This document shows, piece by piece, positions 19,477 to 29,287 of a stretch of DNA of 62,709 nt. Source of the DNA: Promethearchaeota archaeon (GTDB lineage Archaea > Asgardarchaeota > Lokiarchaeia > Sigyniarchaeales > SOKP01); assembly GCA_030667705.1 (NCBI GenBank), contig DAOUVJ010000002.1, forward strand, positions 1-62,709, read 5' to 3'. Each line of letters opens with the position of its first letter. The stretch's first letter is position 1. The notes below the pieces were generated by a model. The model was not told the DNA's origin and ran no database searches. It was given only the letters and a program-made list of their open reading frames with translations. A program made the position numbers and the translations under genes.

Positions 19477-19665
19477 ATGAATCCTCTCGAGTTTTTGATA
19501 ACAATTGATAATAGTAATATATTGCAATCTAATTAAGCAATAATTATAAATTTTATTATTTCCTTAGCCTAAGCTCTTAAATTATGATTTATTAATTACA
19601 ATTTAATAGATAATATTTAAAATCATAGATTCATAATTTTAATAAAAATTTTAATTGAGATTACG

Positions 19666-20586
19666 ATGTTTAAAGAAAAATTTAAAGAGGGAATTATAAC
19701 AGCTAAAGATTTCACTAGGGATGATATTGATTATATCCTAAATAAAGCAAGGGAAATGATGCACAATGATAAAAATTCACAGCTTTTAAAAAATAAAATC
19801 TTAGCTACATTATTTTTTGAACCTTCTACTCGAACTAGGCTTAGTTTTGAGTCAGCCATGCATAGATTAGGAGGAAGCGTAATTGGTTTTCATAAGGGAG
19901 ATGTTTCTTCAGTCACAAAAGGAGAAAGTCTCGCAGATACGATTAGAACAGTAGAAAATTATAGCGATGGTATTGTAATTCGTCATAATTTGGAGGGAGC
20001 ATCAAAATTGGCCGCTAAGTTTTCTAGAATTCCTATCATCAATGCTGGATCAGGTAGTGGTGAACATCCTACTCAAGCATTATTAGATTTATTAACTATA
20101 ACTCAAGAAGGGCAAAAGTTGGACGGGATGAATATCGGAATTATGGGAGATCTCAAGTATGGAAGAACTGTTCATTCTTTAACAATTCTATTATCGAATT
20201 ACGATGCGAATATATATTTAATAAGTCCAAATGAACTAATGCTGAGAAATCGGGATAAGGACTTCTTACAAAAAAGACAAGTAAAGTATAAAGAAATCAC
20301 TCAATATCGTAAGATTTTAGATGTGCTTGATGTTTTATACATGACACGTATCCAAAAGGAAAGGTTTCCAGATGTTGAAGAATATGATAAAGTGAAGAAT
20401 ATTTATGTATTTAGAAAAGATGATCTTAACAATACAAAAGATAATTTCAAACTCATGCATCCCTTACCAAGAATTACAGAGATTTCTGCTGATGTTGATA
20501 GTTCCCCTAAAGCCATTTACTTCAAGCAAACTCACTATGGTATACCAATGAGAAAAGCAATATTAGCAGAATTATTATCTGATTAA
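19666..20586 (+). CDS. pyrB: Aspartate carbamoyltransferase catalytic subunit
   Basis: Contains STRTRLSFE, HPTQALLD and HPLPR motifs. No adjacent pyrI is present. Confidence 0.93.
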   Translation: MFKEKFKEGIITAKDFTRDDIDYILNKAREMMHNDKNSQLLKNKILATLFFEPSTRTRLSFESAMHRLGGSVIGFHKGDVSSVTKGESLADTIRTVENYSDGIVIRHNLEGASKLAAKFSRIPIINAGSGSGEHPTQALLDLLTITQEGQKLDGMNIGIMGDLKYGRTVHSLTILLSNYDANIYLISPNELMLRNRDKDFLQKRQVKYKEITQYRKILDVLDVLYMTRIQKERFPDVEEYDKVKNIYVFRKDDLNNTKDNFKLMHPLPRITEISADVDSSPKAIYFKQTHYGIPMRKAILAELLSD

Positions 20587-20595
20587 TTTTTTAAT

Positions 20596-22551
20596 TTATT
20601 TTGGGAATGTTGCATTTATTTTTGATGTTTTTAATAATTTCAATAAGTTAAAAAGACTCTGATCATCTTGGCTGTCTGGGAGATAAAATATATTCCCCCC
20701 GTCAAGTATCGATTGGAATTTTTTAAATAGATCAAGTTGTTTATCGATAGGTAGGGTTGTTTCTTGTCTAATAATAGAACTAGAATAGCATTTCGCCTTC
20801 ATGGAAGGATCAAAAGGATTATTATTGGAAAAATCAATCAAATGATGAGGTTGAGTTAAGACATAATTCTCTCCCAAATCTTTATTTTTCTCGATGATCA
20901 GTTGTTTTATTATTCCTAATATTTTCAGGGCAAATTTTTCACTAATTTCGATTCGATCCAATTCAATTCCACAGTGACATTCTATTGCTTCGTTTAATCC
21001 TATAAAGCTAATGGATTTAATTGAATTTTTTATAAGATTTTCTGGTGTATTATTAAAAATTGTCTCACATGTACTTATCCAACGTTTTTGAGAATTCAAT
21101 TTTTTACTAAGTAAATCTTTCTTGATGTCAAAAAACTCGAATATATTAGAAATTTTCTCACAAAGGCTTTCTTCAAAATGATTATCATCTCCATTTGAAT
21201 TAACTGCGAGTTTATGTAAGTTTATCAAAATTTTATCCAGGATTACATTATTAGGTGATGATTCTTTGAGATGGGTTGTTTTTTTTATACCTATCGCAGT
21301 TGAGTTTAATAAGCCAGTTACTTCTTTGCTATAAAAAAGAGTATTATATTTTAGATTTTTGATTATGTTATTGTTAAAGTTCAGTAAATCTAACCCTGAA
21401 TATTCAAACAAAATAAGAGGAGAAATTTGCATCAATTTTGACTGACATTCCTTATTCAAGCAATCCAAAAATGTCTGAGCTTCATTTATACACTCTTTCT
21501 TATTAAATGAAAAATCTAAAGATAACGCTGATCCATTAGTGATATAAGAGCTATTTTTGTAACTCAATTTAAGCAGTTCTGATGCTAAAAATCTAAATAT
21601 TGAATTCTCATGATCTTTCAGGGAAGATAAGAGAGTAGAATCGAAATCACCTAGTAGTATATCTTCAGATATGTATGGATGAATATTTGATAATTTAGTC
21701 ACAAATGATTGAATCAAGTGGAATACCTTTCCAGGGTCATTCGAATCATGAATATTGGCAAGACTTTCTTTAGAATTTCCATCTAAAAGCGTTTTTGTAT
21801 TTATGTAAGCACCAAGTGGCCGTAAACTCCAATAATTTAAGTTTAGAAGAATAATTTCCCCAGAAAGATATAGATCAGCAAGATCTTTAGGCAATAAGTT
21901 AAGAAGTAAAAATTGCTCTGAAACATCAGATCCAAGTTCATGTAAAAACATTTCTGGATTAAGATTTCTATCATCAAATAATTTCTTAGCTTCAAAAGGA
22001 GGGGTTCCTAAACGTGTTAACCGATGTCTTACGTTTTCTAATCCGTTTTCTAATAAGATACCGTTTATGTATTCACGCATTAATGGAGTAGTCAAATATT
22101 CTACCTCAGTTCGAGAAAGCCTTTCGCTTACTTCATTTGCAATTTGCTTAGCTCGAAACAATTCCATTCCCCCCTCTCTTACTAAATATTTTTCTATTTT
22201 TTCAAGATTAAATGGTTCTGTAGAATATCTCGAAGTACGGATCATTATCGATTTATCTTGATCGTTAAGGATCTGTTCCATTGAAATTATATTTCCTAAT
22301 ATTTTCTTACCTAACGATGTAAGTAAGTAACCCTCATCAGAAGACTCAATTAAATCGTTTGTCCTTAATACTTTAAGATGAAAAGAAAAATTTACTGAAT
22401 TGGGATTTGATCCTAAGACTTGCTTTTGAAGCAAGGAATAACTCACGGGTTTCGTATTTTTGTCCAGATTCTTTAAAATATCTATTCTAATCTTTTGACC
22501 TAATATTTTTAATTGACGTTCTAATAAATCACTATTTTTGTCGGAATCCAC
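20596..22551 (-). CDS. wHTH + ATP-cone protein with a large C-terminal region (possibly a degenerate NrdD-like domain)
   Basis: Residues ~15-95 are ArsR-like wHTH. Residues ~100-180 fit the ATP-cone consensus (IMIRTSRYSTEPFNLEKIEKYL...LMREYINGILLENG). Further downstream there is an FIGLNEAIECHCG block. There is no glycyl-radical RVCGY-type C-terminus. Confidence 0.5.
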   Translation of the reverse strand: MDSDKNSDLLERQLKILGQKIRIDILKNLDKNTKPVSYSLLQKQVLGSNPNSVNFSFHLKVLRTNDLIESSDEGYLLTSLGKKILGNIISMEQILNDQDKSIMIRTSRYSTEPFNLEKIEKYLVREGGMELFRAKQIANEVSERLSRTEVEYLTTPLMREYINGILLENGLENVRHRLTRLGTPPFEAKKLFDDRNLNPEMFLHELGSDVSEQFLLLNLLPKDLADLYLSGEIILLNLNYWSLRPLGAYINTKTLLDGNSKESLANIHDSNDPGKVFHLIQSFVTKLSNIHPYISEDILLGDFDSTLLSSLKDHENSIFRFLASELLKLSYKNSSYITNGSALSLDFSFNKKECINEAQTFLDCLNKECQSKLMQISPLILFEYSGLDLLNFNNNIIKNLKYNTLFYSKEVTGLLNSTAIGIKKTTHLKESSPNNVILDKILINLHKLAVNSNGDDNHFEESLCEKISNIFEFFDIKKDLLSKKLNSQKRWISTCETIFNNTPENLIKNSIKSISFIGLNEAIECHCGIELDRIEISEKFALKILGIIKQLIIEKNKDLGENYVLTQPHHLIDFSNNNPFDPSMKAKCYSSSIIRQETTLPIDKQLDLFKKFQSILDGGNIFYLPDSQDDQSLFNLLKLLKTSKINATFPK

Positions 22552-22725
22552 TTTATTTATCCTATTATCCTATTATTCAATATCTCAAATCCTAGTTATC
22601 TAATTATTGCACTTGAGTGTATTTAAAATTTAGGAAGAAGTTTTTTTCATAATATCTGGGTGATATATAATCCACTATCACAAAAAAAAAGCATGTACAA
22701 AAATTAGAAATGAAAAATATAAATC

Positions 22726-23343
22726 TTAACGAGAAGATACAGCAATACGTTCAATTTCTTCCTTCCTTTTCACGGCACGCGATTCTTGACTGTTATCAGC
22801 GGCAAGTATTAATTCTTGTGCCACGTTTGCGGCAAAATCTCTTTCATTTGAATGTGATCTTGCGCTAATGGCTTGAACAATGTATTTGATACCAAGATCA
22901 ACTCGACGTTGAGGAGAAATGTCTACTGCTGAGGAATAAGATATCCCTCCCATAGCGATTCTCGTAACTTCTTCTCTAGGAGCGGAGTTACATATTGCTT
23001 TGATAATTACTTGGATAGGATTTTTACCAGTATTCAACTCAATCAATATGAAAGCGTTCTTCAGCACTTTAATTAACTTGTTCTTTTTGCCCGAATTATA
23101 AGAGCTTTTACGACCTTTTACTTTAGACGCTATAAAACCGGGGGATAATAGTCTGTTTATAACACGCTCAATGATTGATACTCGTGTTGTTTTCCAAAAT
23201 CTTCGGTGCTCGTGTCTTCCACAACTTTGAGGAATGATTATTGGTTTCAAATTGATATATGCCTCTAGCGTCCAGTCAGGAATTACAATTTCCTTAAAAG
23301 ACCACTTATTAAATAATTTTATGTCTGTATTAGCTTTACTCAT
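22726..23343 (-). CDS. rps7: Ribosomal protein S7 (uS7)
   Basis: The sequence is typical of archaeal S7, and the gene follows rps12. Confidence 0.93.
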   Translation of the reverse strand: MSKANTDIKLFNKWSFKEIVIPDWTLEAYINLKPIIIPQSCGRHEHRRFWKTTRVSIIERVINRLLSPGFIASKVKGRKSSYNSGKKNKLIKVLKNAFILIELNTGKNPIQVIIKAICNSAPREEVTRIAMGGISYSSAVDISPQRRVDLGIKYIVQAISARSHSNERDFAANVAQELILAADNSQESRAVKRKEEIERIAVSSR

Positions 23344-23356
23344 GATTTTTTCCTCT

Positions 23357-23791
23357 TTAACGCAGTGGTTTTTCTTTCTTTCCAGAAAGTAATGCTTCTA
23401 AGGATACGCCATTTACCATTACAACCCTCCACCTAACACCAGGAAGATCTCCAATTGAACGACCCTTGGCACCACCAATTCCTTCAACAATTACCCGATC
23501 GTGTTCTTCAATGAAGTTAAGGCTCCCATCTCCCGGAAGAAACGCAGTAATGGATTTCCCATTTTTTTTGAGTTGTACGCGCACGCATTTACGAATTGCA
23601 GAGTTAGGTTGCTTGCTTTCCCTACCTACCTTCTGTAGAACGATCCCGAGAGCCTGACAGGCCCCTTCTAGAGGGTCTACTTTCTTTTTCAGTTTTAATT
23701 TTGCTCGTTTATAACTTGTTTTTGACCAGCGGAATTTCTTTCTATTTGTCCTCAATTTTCGGGCCGCATAAAGTCCTTTCGGTTTTGACAT
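23357..23791 (-). CDS. rps12: Ribosomal protein S12 (uS12)
   Basis: Contains [15 protein letters not shown] and LPGVRW. Confidence 0.95.
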   Translation of the reverse strand: MSKPKGLYAARKLRTNRKKFRWSKTSYKRAKLKLKKKVDPLEGACQALGIVLQKVGRESKQPNSAIRKCVRVQLKKNGKSITAFLPGDGSLNFIEEHDRVIVEGIGGAKGRSIGDLPGVRWRVVMVNGVSLEALLSGKKEKPLR

Positions 23792-23889
23792 TTTCTTTTC
23801 CTATATCGAGTAAGTTAACTAGATGGTACTAGATAATAAGTGTATTATTTCCTTAAACTTAAAATTTATGAAATGAGAAAATTACTATA

Positions 23890-24363
23890 TTAATTTTTTG
23901 TATTAATAATGACGTTATCAACTTTAAAATGTCGAGTAACTAATAGTTTTATTTTTCGTATCATTGAACCTTCTTTTCCAATGGCTTTTCCCCTATCCTG
24001 GGGGTTCACTGAAATTATAACAGTTTTTTTCTCATTTTTATTTACTTTAATTTCAATCTGCTGAACTGTTATGGAATTTTTGGATGTATTTAGAATAAAT
24101 TGAATGAATTGTTCAATATTATCTGAATATGGAATTACATCTATTTTCTTTTGAAGTTTGCTCATTAAATCTTTGACATGTTCTCCTGCCTTACCAATAG
24201 CTTTTCCAACATCTTCTTTTTTAACTAGGAAAATAATAATCTCAGAGTAATTTTCAGGAGATTCAAACGTTAAGCAATCTTTAATGATGGCTCCTGAAAG
24301 GTTGTTAAATAAAGAGATGAGTTCCATGGCTTTTCTATCGAATTTGATATTTCTCCTTAGCAT
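23890..24363 (-). CDS. nusA: Archaeal NusA-like protein (two KH domains)
   Basis: Has two GKAIGK(A/E)G KH GxxG motifs, and its operon position is between rpl30e and rps12. Confidence 0.8.
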   Translation of the reverse strand: MLRRNIKFDRKAMELISLFNNLSGAIIKDCLTFESPENYSEIIIFLVKKEDVGKAIGKAGEHVKDLMSKLQKKIDVIPYSDNIEQFIQFILNTSKNSITVQQIEIKVNKNEKKTVIISVNPQDRGKAIGKEGSMIRKIKLLVTRHFKVDNVIINTKN

Positions 24364-24391
24364 TTTTAGCCTGTACTCTTAAGTATAATTA

Positions 24392-24778
24392 TCACTTAGT
24401 TTTTAAAGTTTTTAAAGTTTTTAAAGATTCTAAAGCACTATCACCGAATTCATTAATCCCTATTACCGAGATCATGTATGGTTTTCCCATAGCTAATCCA
24501 AGTTCCCAAGAGGATCCTTTATATTTGTAAATAAAAATACTATTTCCCATGAGCTTGTTGTAGTATTTTAATTGATGTTCAAATTCGATAGGACAATTTT
24601 GTGCGACTAACACCATTTTAAATGGTTTTTGTCTTAATTGACGTAAGACTTGACTTCTACCAAAAAGGATTTTTCCCGTTTTATATGCAACTTTGATATT
24701 TGTCTCAACATCAAGTTCCTTTTTCTTCTTGCGCGAAAGGTCGATTGAGTCGCTTATATTTTTGCTTTTCTTTGCCAT
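24392..24778 (-). CDS. rpl30e: Ribosomal protein L30e (eL30)
   Basis: The L7Ae/L30e-like core matches and the operon position is as expected. The C-terminus ends in LKTLKTLKTK. Confidence 0.8.
   Translation of the reverse strand: MAKKSKNISDSIDLSRKKKKELDVETNIKVAYKTGKILFGRSQVLRQLRQKPFKMVLVAQNCPIEFEHQLKYYNKLMGNSIFIYKYKGSSWELGLAMGKPYMISVIGINEFGDSALESLKTLKTLKTK
24398..24424 (-). repeat. 3 x 9-nt tandem repeat (agtttttaa) encoding (LKT)3 at the rpl30e 3' end
   Basis: Read directly from the sequence. Confidence 0.8.
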
Positions 24779-24879
24779 CGTCTTAAAAACTATTTCAAAT
24801 TTATCATACTATAATTAAGTAATAAAAGAAATATATGATGATTTAAATTTTTAATGCTAATTCACACAATCTTTCATGT

Positions 24880-26145
24880 TTAGATTTGAGGATTTAGATT
24901 TTCTTCGGTAATATCTTTGGTAATATCTTCGGTAATATCTGTATTATTGCTAGACTTATTTTGTTCTAATATTTCTAAATTACGATCTAGGTCAAACATA
25001 ACATTAATTCTTCCACTACCGATTGGGCATACTTGACCTACTATCACATTTTCAGGTATTCCAAGTAAGCGTTCTTCTTCTCCATAAAGTCCTGCATCAA
25101 GTAATTGGTTTACAGTGACTTCGAAAGCTGCCCTTGCAAACACGCTCGATTTTGACCCAGAGATACCGTGTCTTCCAATCGATTGAATCTCGCCACCTAC
25201 GGTCATTAAATCAGATAAAATAAGTAAATGCCTAAGATCTACATCTAATCCTTGTTGTTCAAGTACTTTCCTAGCTTCTTTAATGATTAATCCTCGAGCA
25301 GCTTCTATACCAAATAATTTTTCAATTTCATGGATATGATTCGAAACTGTTCTTGAAGCATCTACGCCTTCAACTTGAACTATACTTGGTAAATTCGTTC
25401 CTTCAGTTTTAATGACCCATTCATTATTATCATCTGTAGGTGTAAGTAGGCCCCTTTTTATTCCTCTAATTCCTTTAACGACTTTCTTAAGAATCTTTTC
25501 TCTTAGTTTTTGAAGGCTCTGCAAGTCTTCTATTCCAGGATCAATAATTATCGCATTTCCTTCCCGCACGATTGTTCCTTTTTTCTTATAACGCTTCAAA
25601 ATCTCAGGAATTTTATCAATATCTATATTTTTTTTATCGCAGATATCAGGTATGAGATGTATTACTATTTTCCAGTCAATAAAGTCAAGATCCACATCCG
25701 AAGCAATTTGTTCGATTCGGATTTGTTCAATGCGATGATGAACCTCCATCGCTTTATCTTCACTCTCGTTGTAAGGTTTTTCTAAGTATATCTCCATCAT
25801 GGGAGTTGATGGAAAACGACGAGCATCAACAATTTCAATAAGTCGGGGAAGTCCTTGAGTTACTGAAAATTCTTCTACCCCAGCATAATGAAAGGTTCGG
25901 AGTGTCATTTGGGTACCTGGTTCTCCAATTGATTGGGCAGCAACAGTGCCAACGGGTTCAGCAGTTTCTACACGTGCATTATTATAATTGATATAAATTT
26001 TATTTAGTAAGTATTCCAATTGTTCTGGCTCTAATTCTTCATCTTTAAGTTTATTTCTTATTTTGTTAATTAGATCTTGCGGAATATCATCTTCATATAA
26101 CTCGGTTAATTTTTCTTCTAAATATTTTTTTGTTATTTTTACCAT
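24880..26145 (-). CDS. rpoA2: DNA-directed RNA polymerase subunit A''
   Basis: Has the trigger-loop block [16 protein letters not shown]. It follows rpoA1 after an 8-nt gap. Confidence 0.95.
   Translation of the reverse strand: MVKITKKYLEEKLTELYEDDIPQDLINKIRNKLKDEELEPEQLEYLLNKIYINYNNARVETAEPVGTVAAQSIGEPGTQMTLRTFHYAGVEEFSVTQGLPRLIEIVDARRFPSTPMMEIYLEKPYNESEDKAMEVHHRIEQIRIEQIASDVDLDFIDWKIVIHLIPDICDKKNIDIDKIPEILKRYKKKGTIVREGNAIIIDPGIEDLQSLQKLREKILKKVVKGIRGIKRGLLTPTDDNNEWVIKTEGTNLPSIVQVEGVDASRTVSNHIHEIEKLFGIEAARGLIIKEARKVLEQQGLDVDLRHLLILSDLMTVGGEIQSIGRHGISGSKSSVFARAAFEVTVNQLLDAGLYGEEERLLGIPENVIVGQVCPIGSGRINVMFDLDRNLEILEQNKSSNNTDITEDITKDITEENLNPQI
24906..24941 (-). repeat. 3 x 12-nt tandem repeat encoding (DITx)3 at the rpoA2 3' end
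   Basis: The units are cggtaatatctt / tggtaatatctt / cggtaatatctg. The protein tail is [21 protein letters not shown]. Confidence 0.8.
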
Positions 26146-26153
26146 GAAATCAC

Positions 26154-29102
26154 CTATAAATTATATTTCTCTTTTTTCCAATCTAAATATCCTTTAGTTA
26201 ATTTCCCTCTCCATTCAGCATTTTTTCCCGTTTCTTCTTCATAAGATTTTCTTATTGTATCCTCATCAGGAGCGGAATCCTGTGTATCTACTTTCTTTTC
26301 TATTTTCTTAGGTTTATCAACAGCTTTCTTAGGAGTTGGTTTTTTAGTGGTTGGTTTTTTAGTGGTTGGTTTTTTAGGTTGAGCACTCATTTTTAATTCG
26401 TCTCGGATTTCATTAATATCGAGCGCTTTAGCTTTAAGTAATAATACATTTAGATTAACAGATTCGCTGTGATCTGTATGCATGGGATCAATCCCATCAT
26501 CACCATAGAAAAATTGAATAATATTTTTATCAGAATTTCTTACGGTGTTATCATTCTCTACAACCATGTCTTGTAACGCGTGTACAAGCCTTCTTTGCAT
26601 GTATCCAGAGGTGCTTGTTCTTACTGCGGTATCAACTAGACCTTCTCTACCACCCATTGCATGAAAGAAGAATTCCTCAGGATTAAGACCCGTTCTATAA
26701 GAAGATTCTACAAAACCTCTAGATTTTGGTGTGAGGTCGTTTATTCTGAAATGGGGTAGAGTCCTTTGACTGTATCCCCTATTAATTCTTTCCCCTCTAA
26801 TTGCTTGTTGCCCAACAACCGCAGACATCTGTCCTAAGTTTAAGATATTACCTCTTGCTCCAGACTTGGTCATAATTACTGAATGAGCTTCATCACCAAT
26901 GAAATCAGCCGCAATTTCTTCAGCTGCCTTACGCGCTTCTGCTAATAATTGTCGAATTCTCAATTCTAATGTTTCTTTTAAAGATCGCCCAGGAGCACGT
27001 TTTAAAACCGTTGTATCTTCCTCATAAAATGCTTTAATTAACTTACTAGATTCATTATTCGCGTCTTCTAATACCTTTTGTATTGCCTCATAAGCATGAC
27101 CATGAACATAAACCTCATCTAAACCAATGGTCATCCCATTTTGTCTGATTACATATAATAACATTTTAGTTGCATTATCTAAGAATTGTCTTCCTCGAGC
27201 ATTTCCATGATCTTTTATTATTCTTTGTAGAATGCTATTAGATTGCATTGGACCAAAAGAATTTTCATCTATTGTCCCTGCTACTAATACTCCATTTTTT
27301 ATGACAACATAAGCATCAAATTTACAATTTTCTTGCTCACAGACTTCACATTTTTTACAGAATTTTGATTTGACTCTGATATTTAAGTCATCTGGAAAGA
27401 GTGAGCTAAAAATTTGCTTACCAGAATATAAGTTCTCAGGATCAGTTTTAACGGGTATAAGGTTTTCTAATTTGAATTCGGGATTTGTGTCAAATATACC
27501 TCCCATGTAAAGCAAGTTTAAAGCATCTTTTTTTTTATAAAGAGAGTTTAAACTAGTAAATTGAAAAACTGATGATATAAAATCTTGAATCCCCCCTAAA
27601 ATTGGTCCACCGAATCGAGGAGATAAAATATGTTCTTGTACTTTAAGTAATAATTCTGCTTCAGTTCGAGCTTCCTCACTTTGTGGAACATGAAGGTTCA
27701 TCTCATCACCATCAAAGTCAGCATTATATGGTGGGCATACTGTAAGATTAAGCCTAAATGTTCTTCCATCCATGATTCTTACTTCATGAGCCATTATAGA
27801 CATTCTATGAAGAGAAGGTTGTCGATTAAAGAGTACTAAATCTCCTTCACTTAGATGGCGCTCCACAGTAAATCCAGGAGCTAGTGTATCAGCTATAATT
27901 TTTCGATTCTTCACGTATCTAAGATCAATTCTTCTTCTGTCATTTCTGATTATATAATTAGAACCGGGATGTCTAAATGGTCCATTGATGACCATTTGTT
28001 TCATTTCTTCAATATTCCAATCATTAACATTAGTAGGAATTGTTAAAATTTTAGCTATTTCAATAGGCACGCCCACTTCATTAATACTAATATAAGGGTT
28101 AGGCGATATTACGCTTCTTGCTGAGAAATCTACTCGCTTTCCGCTTAAATTACTCCTAAATCGCCCTTCTTTTCCCTTTAATCTCTGAGTCAATGTTCTT
28201 AAAGCTCTGCCTGATCTATGACGAGCGGGGGGAATTCCCGAAACTTGATTATCAAAATAAGTAGTTATGTGATATTGTAATAATTCCCACAAGTCCTCAA
28301 CAATTAAATGAGGCGCTCCAGCATCTATATTTTCTCTCAATCTCTGGTTGATACGAATTACATCAACTAACTTATGTGTCAAATCATCTTCTGATCGTAT
28401 ACCACTATCTAAAGTGATACTCGGTCGTGCACAAACTGGAGGGATGGGTAAAACTGTAAAAATAACCCATTCTAAACGAGCATTTTCCGGAGCAATACCA
28501 AGTATTCTCAAGTCATTGTCGGTCATTTTTTTTAAACGTTCTAAGATCTCTATAGGTGTCAATCTTCGAGATCCCTTAGCTTCCTCTTCTTCGTAATAAG
28601 TAGTAGGCTTTTCAATTATTATCTTCTTCTTTTTGGCACCACAGTAAGGACACGCTTTACTTTTTCGTGCTCTCTTGAAGACGATTTTCGAAGCATCCTC
28701 ATCCCCTTCAAAAAAGATGATTCTATGTTGTTGTTGTTCTTGATGGAATTTTTCCTTTTCTTCCTCTGTAAGCATTAATCGAGAACATTCGGGGCATATA
28801 GATCTTAAAACCTTAAGCACTTTTTTTGAATATCCAACATGAATAACTGGCCGGGCCAATTCAATATGTCCGAAATGACCCATACAATTACTAACCAGAT
28901 TTCCACAGGTTTGACATCGCTGTCCAGGCTCAATGGTACCTAATCTCTGGTCCATCAATCCACTTGGAATCGGAAGACCATCTTCATCATAAGTATCCGC
29001 GGTAATAATTCGAGCGGCACTCATCTTACGAATTTCGTCCGGGGATAAAAGACCAAACTTTATCTTGTCAATTAATTTAGTACGTGAATAAGTATAACTC
29101 AT
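26154..29102 (-). CDS. rpoA1: DNA-directed RNA polymerase subunit A'
   Basis: Has the catalytic [12 protein letters not shown] motif and N-terminal zinc motifs (CQTCG, CPEC, CPYCG). The start is the ATG at 29102 ([25 protein letters not shown]). The track's upstream 44 codons are not homologous. Confidence 0.95.
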   Translation of the reverse strand: MSYTYSRTKLIDKIKFGLLSPDEIRKMSAARIITADTYDEDGLPIPSGLMDQRLGTIEPGQRCQTCGNLVSNCMGHFGHIELARPVIHVGYSKKVLKVLRSICPECSRLMLTEEEKEKFHQEQQQHRIIFFEGDEDASKIVFKRARKSKACPYCGAKKKKIIIEKPTTYYEEEEAKGSRRLTPIEILERLKKMTDNDLRILGIAPENARLEWVIFTVLPIPPVCARPSITLDSGIRSEDDLTHKLVDVIRINQRLRENIDAGAPHLIVEDLWELLQYHITTYFDNQVSGIPPARHRSGRALRTLTQRLKGKEGRFRSNLSGKRVDFSARSVISPNPYISINEVGVPIEIAKILTIPTNVNDWNIEEMKQMVINGPFRHPGSNYIIRNDRRRIDLRYVKNRKIIADTLAPGFTVERHLSEGDLVLFNRQPSLHRMSIMAHEVRIMDGRTFRLNLTVCPPYNADFDGDEMNLHVPQSEEARTEAELLLKVQEHILSPRFGGPILGGIQDFISSVFQFTSLNSLYKKKDALNLLYMGGIFDTNPEFKLENLIPVKTDPENLYSGKQIFSSLFPDDLNIRVKSKFCKKCEVCEQENCKFDAYVVIKNGVLVAGTIDENSFGPMQSNSILQRIIKDHGNARGRQFLDNATKMLLYVIRQNGMTIGLDEVYVHGHAYEAIQKVLEDANNESSKLIKAFYEEDTTVLKRAPGRSLKETLELRIRQLLAEARKAAEEIAADFIGDEAHSVIMTKSGARGNILNLGQMSAVVGQQAIRGERINRGYSQRTLPHFRINDLTPKSRGFVESSYRTGLNPEEFFFHAMGGREGLVDTAVRTSTSGYMQRRLVHALQDMVVENDNTVRNSDKNIIQFFYGDDGIDPMHTDHSESVNLNVLLLKAKALDINEIRDELKMSAQPKKPTTKKPTTKKPTPKKAVDKPKKIEKKVDTQDSAPDEDTIRKSYEEETGKNAEWRGKLTKGYLDWKKEKYNL
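26336..26380 (-). repeat. 3 x 15-nt tandem repeat encoding (KKPTT)3 in the rpoA1 C-terminal extension
   Basis: The units are ttggttttttagtgg x2 followed by ttggttttttaggtt. Confidence 0.85.
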
Positions 29103-29287
29103 ATAATAATAACATCCTCTATTTTTTGAATAATTGATAATATGATATAGAATAAGTGAACAAATACTGCACTGTAAGAAAGAGAAGCAAGCAAATATTA
29201 AAAATTTTTCTATTTCGACATCATATATTAACATTTCCTCATGGTTTTTTTTAAAGAAATTTTATTTTAAGTCAATATTTTAACTAT

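Noticed and set aside
24779-24879. A C-box-like ATGATGA (24835-24841) in the rpoA2-rpl30e spacer, considered as a possible C/D box sRNA.
   Set aside because: There is no matching D box (CTGA) at an appropriate distance on that strand and no terminal stem. The motif is expected by chance in AT-rich DNA.
29103-29234. A 44-codon N-terminal extension of the rpoA1 ORF (MLIYDVEIEKFLIFACFSFLQCSICS...).
   Set aside because: It is hydrophobic and Cys-rich and has no counterpart in A' subunits. Family homology begins exactly at the ATG at 29102 ([25 protein letters not shown]), so the extension is an ORF-calling artefact.
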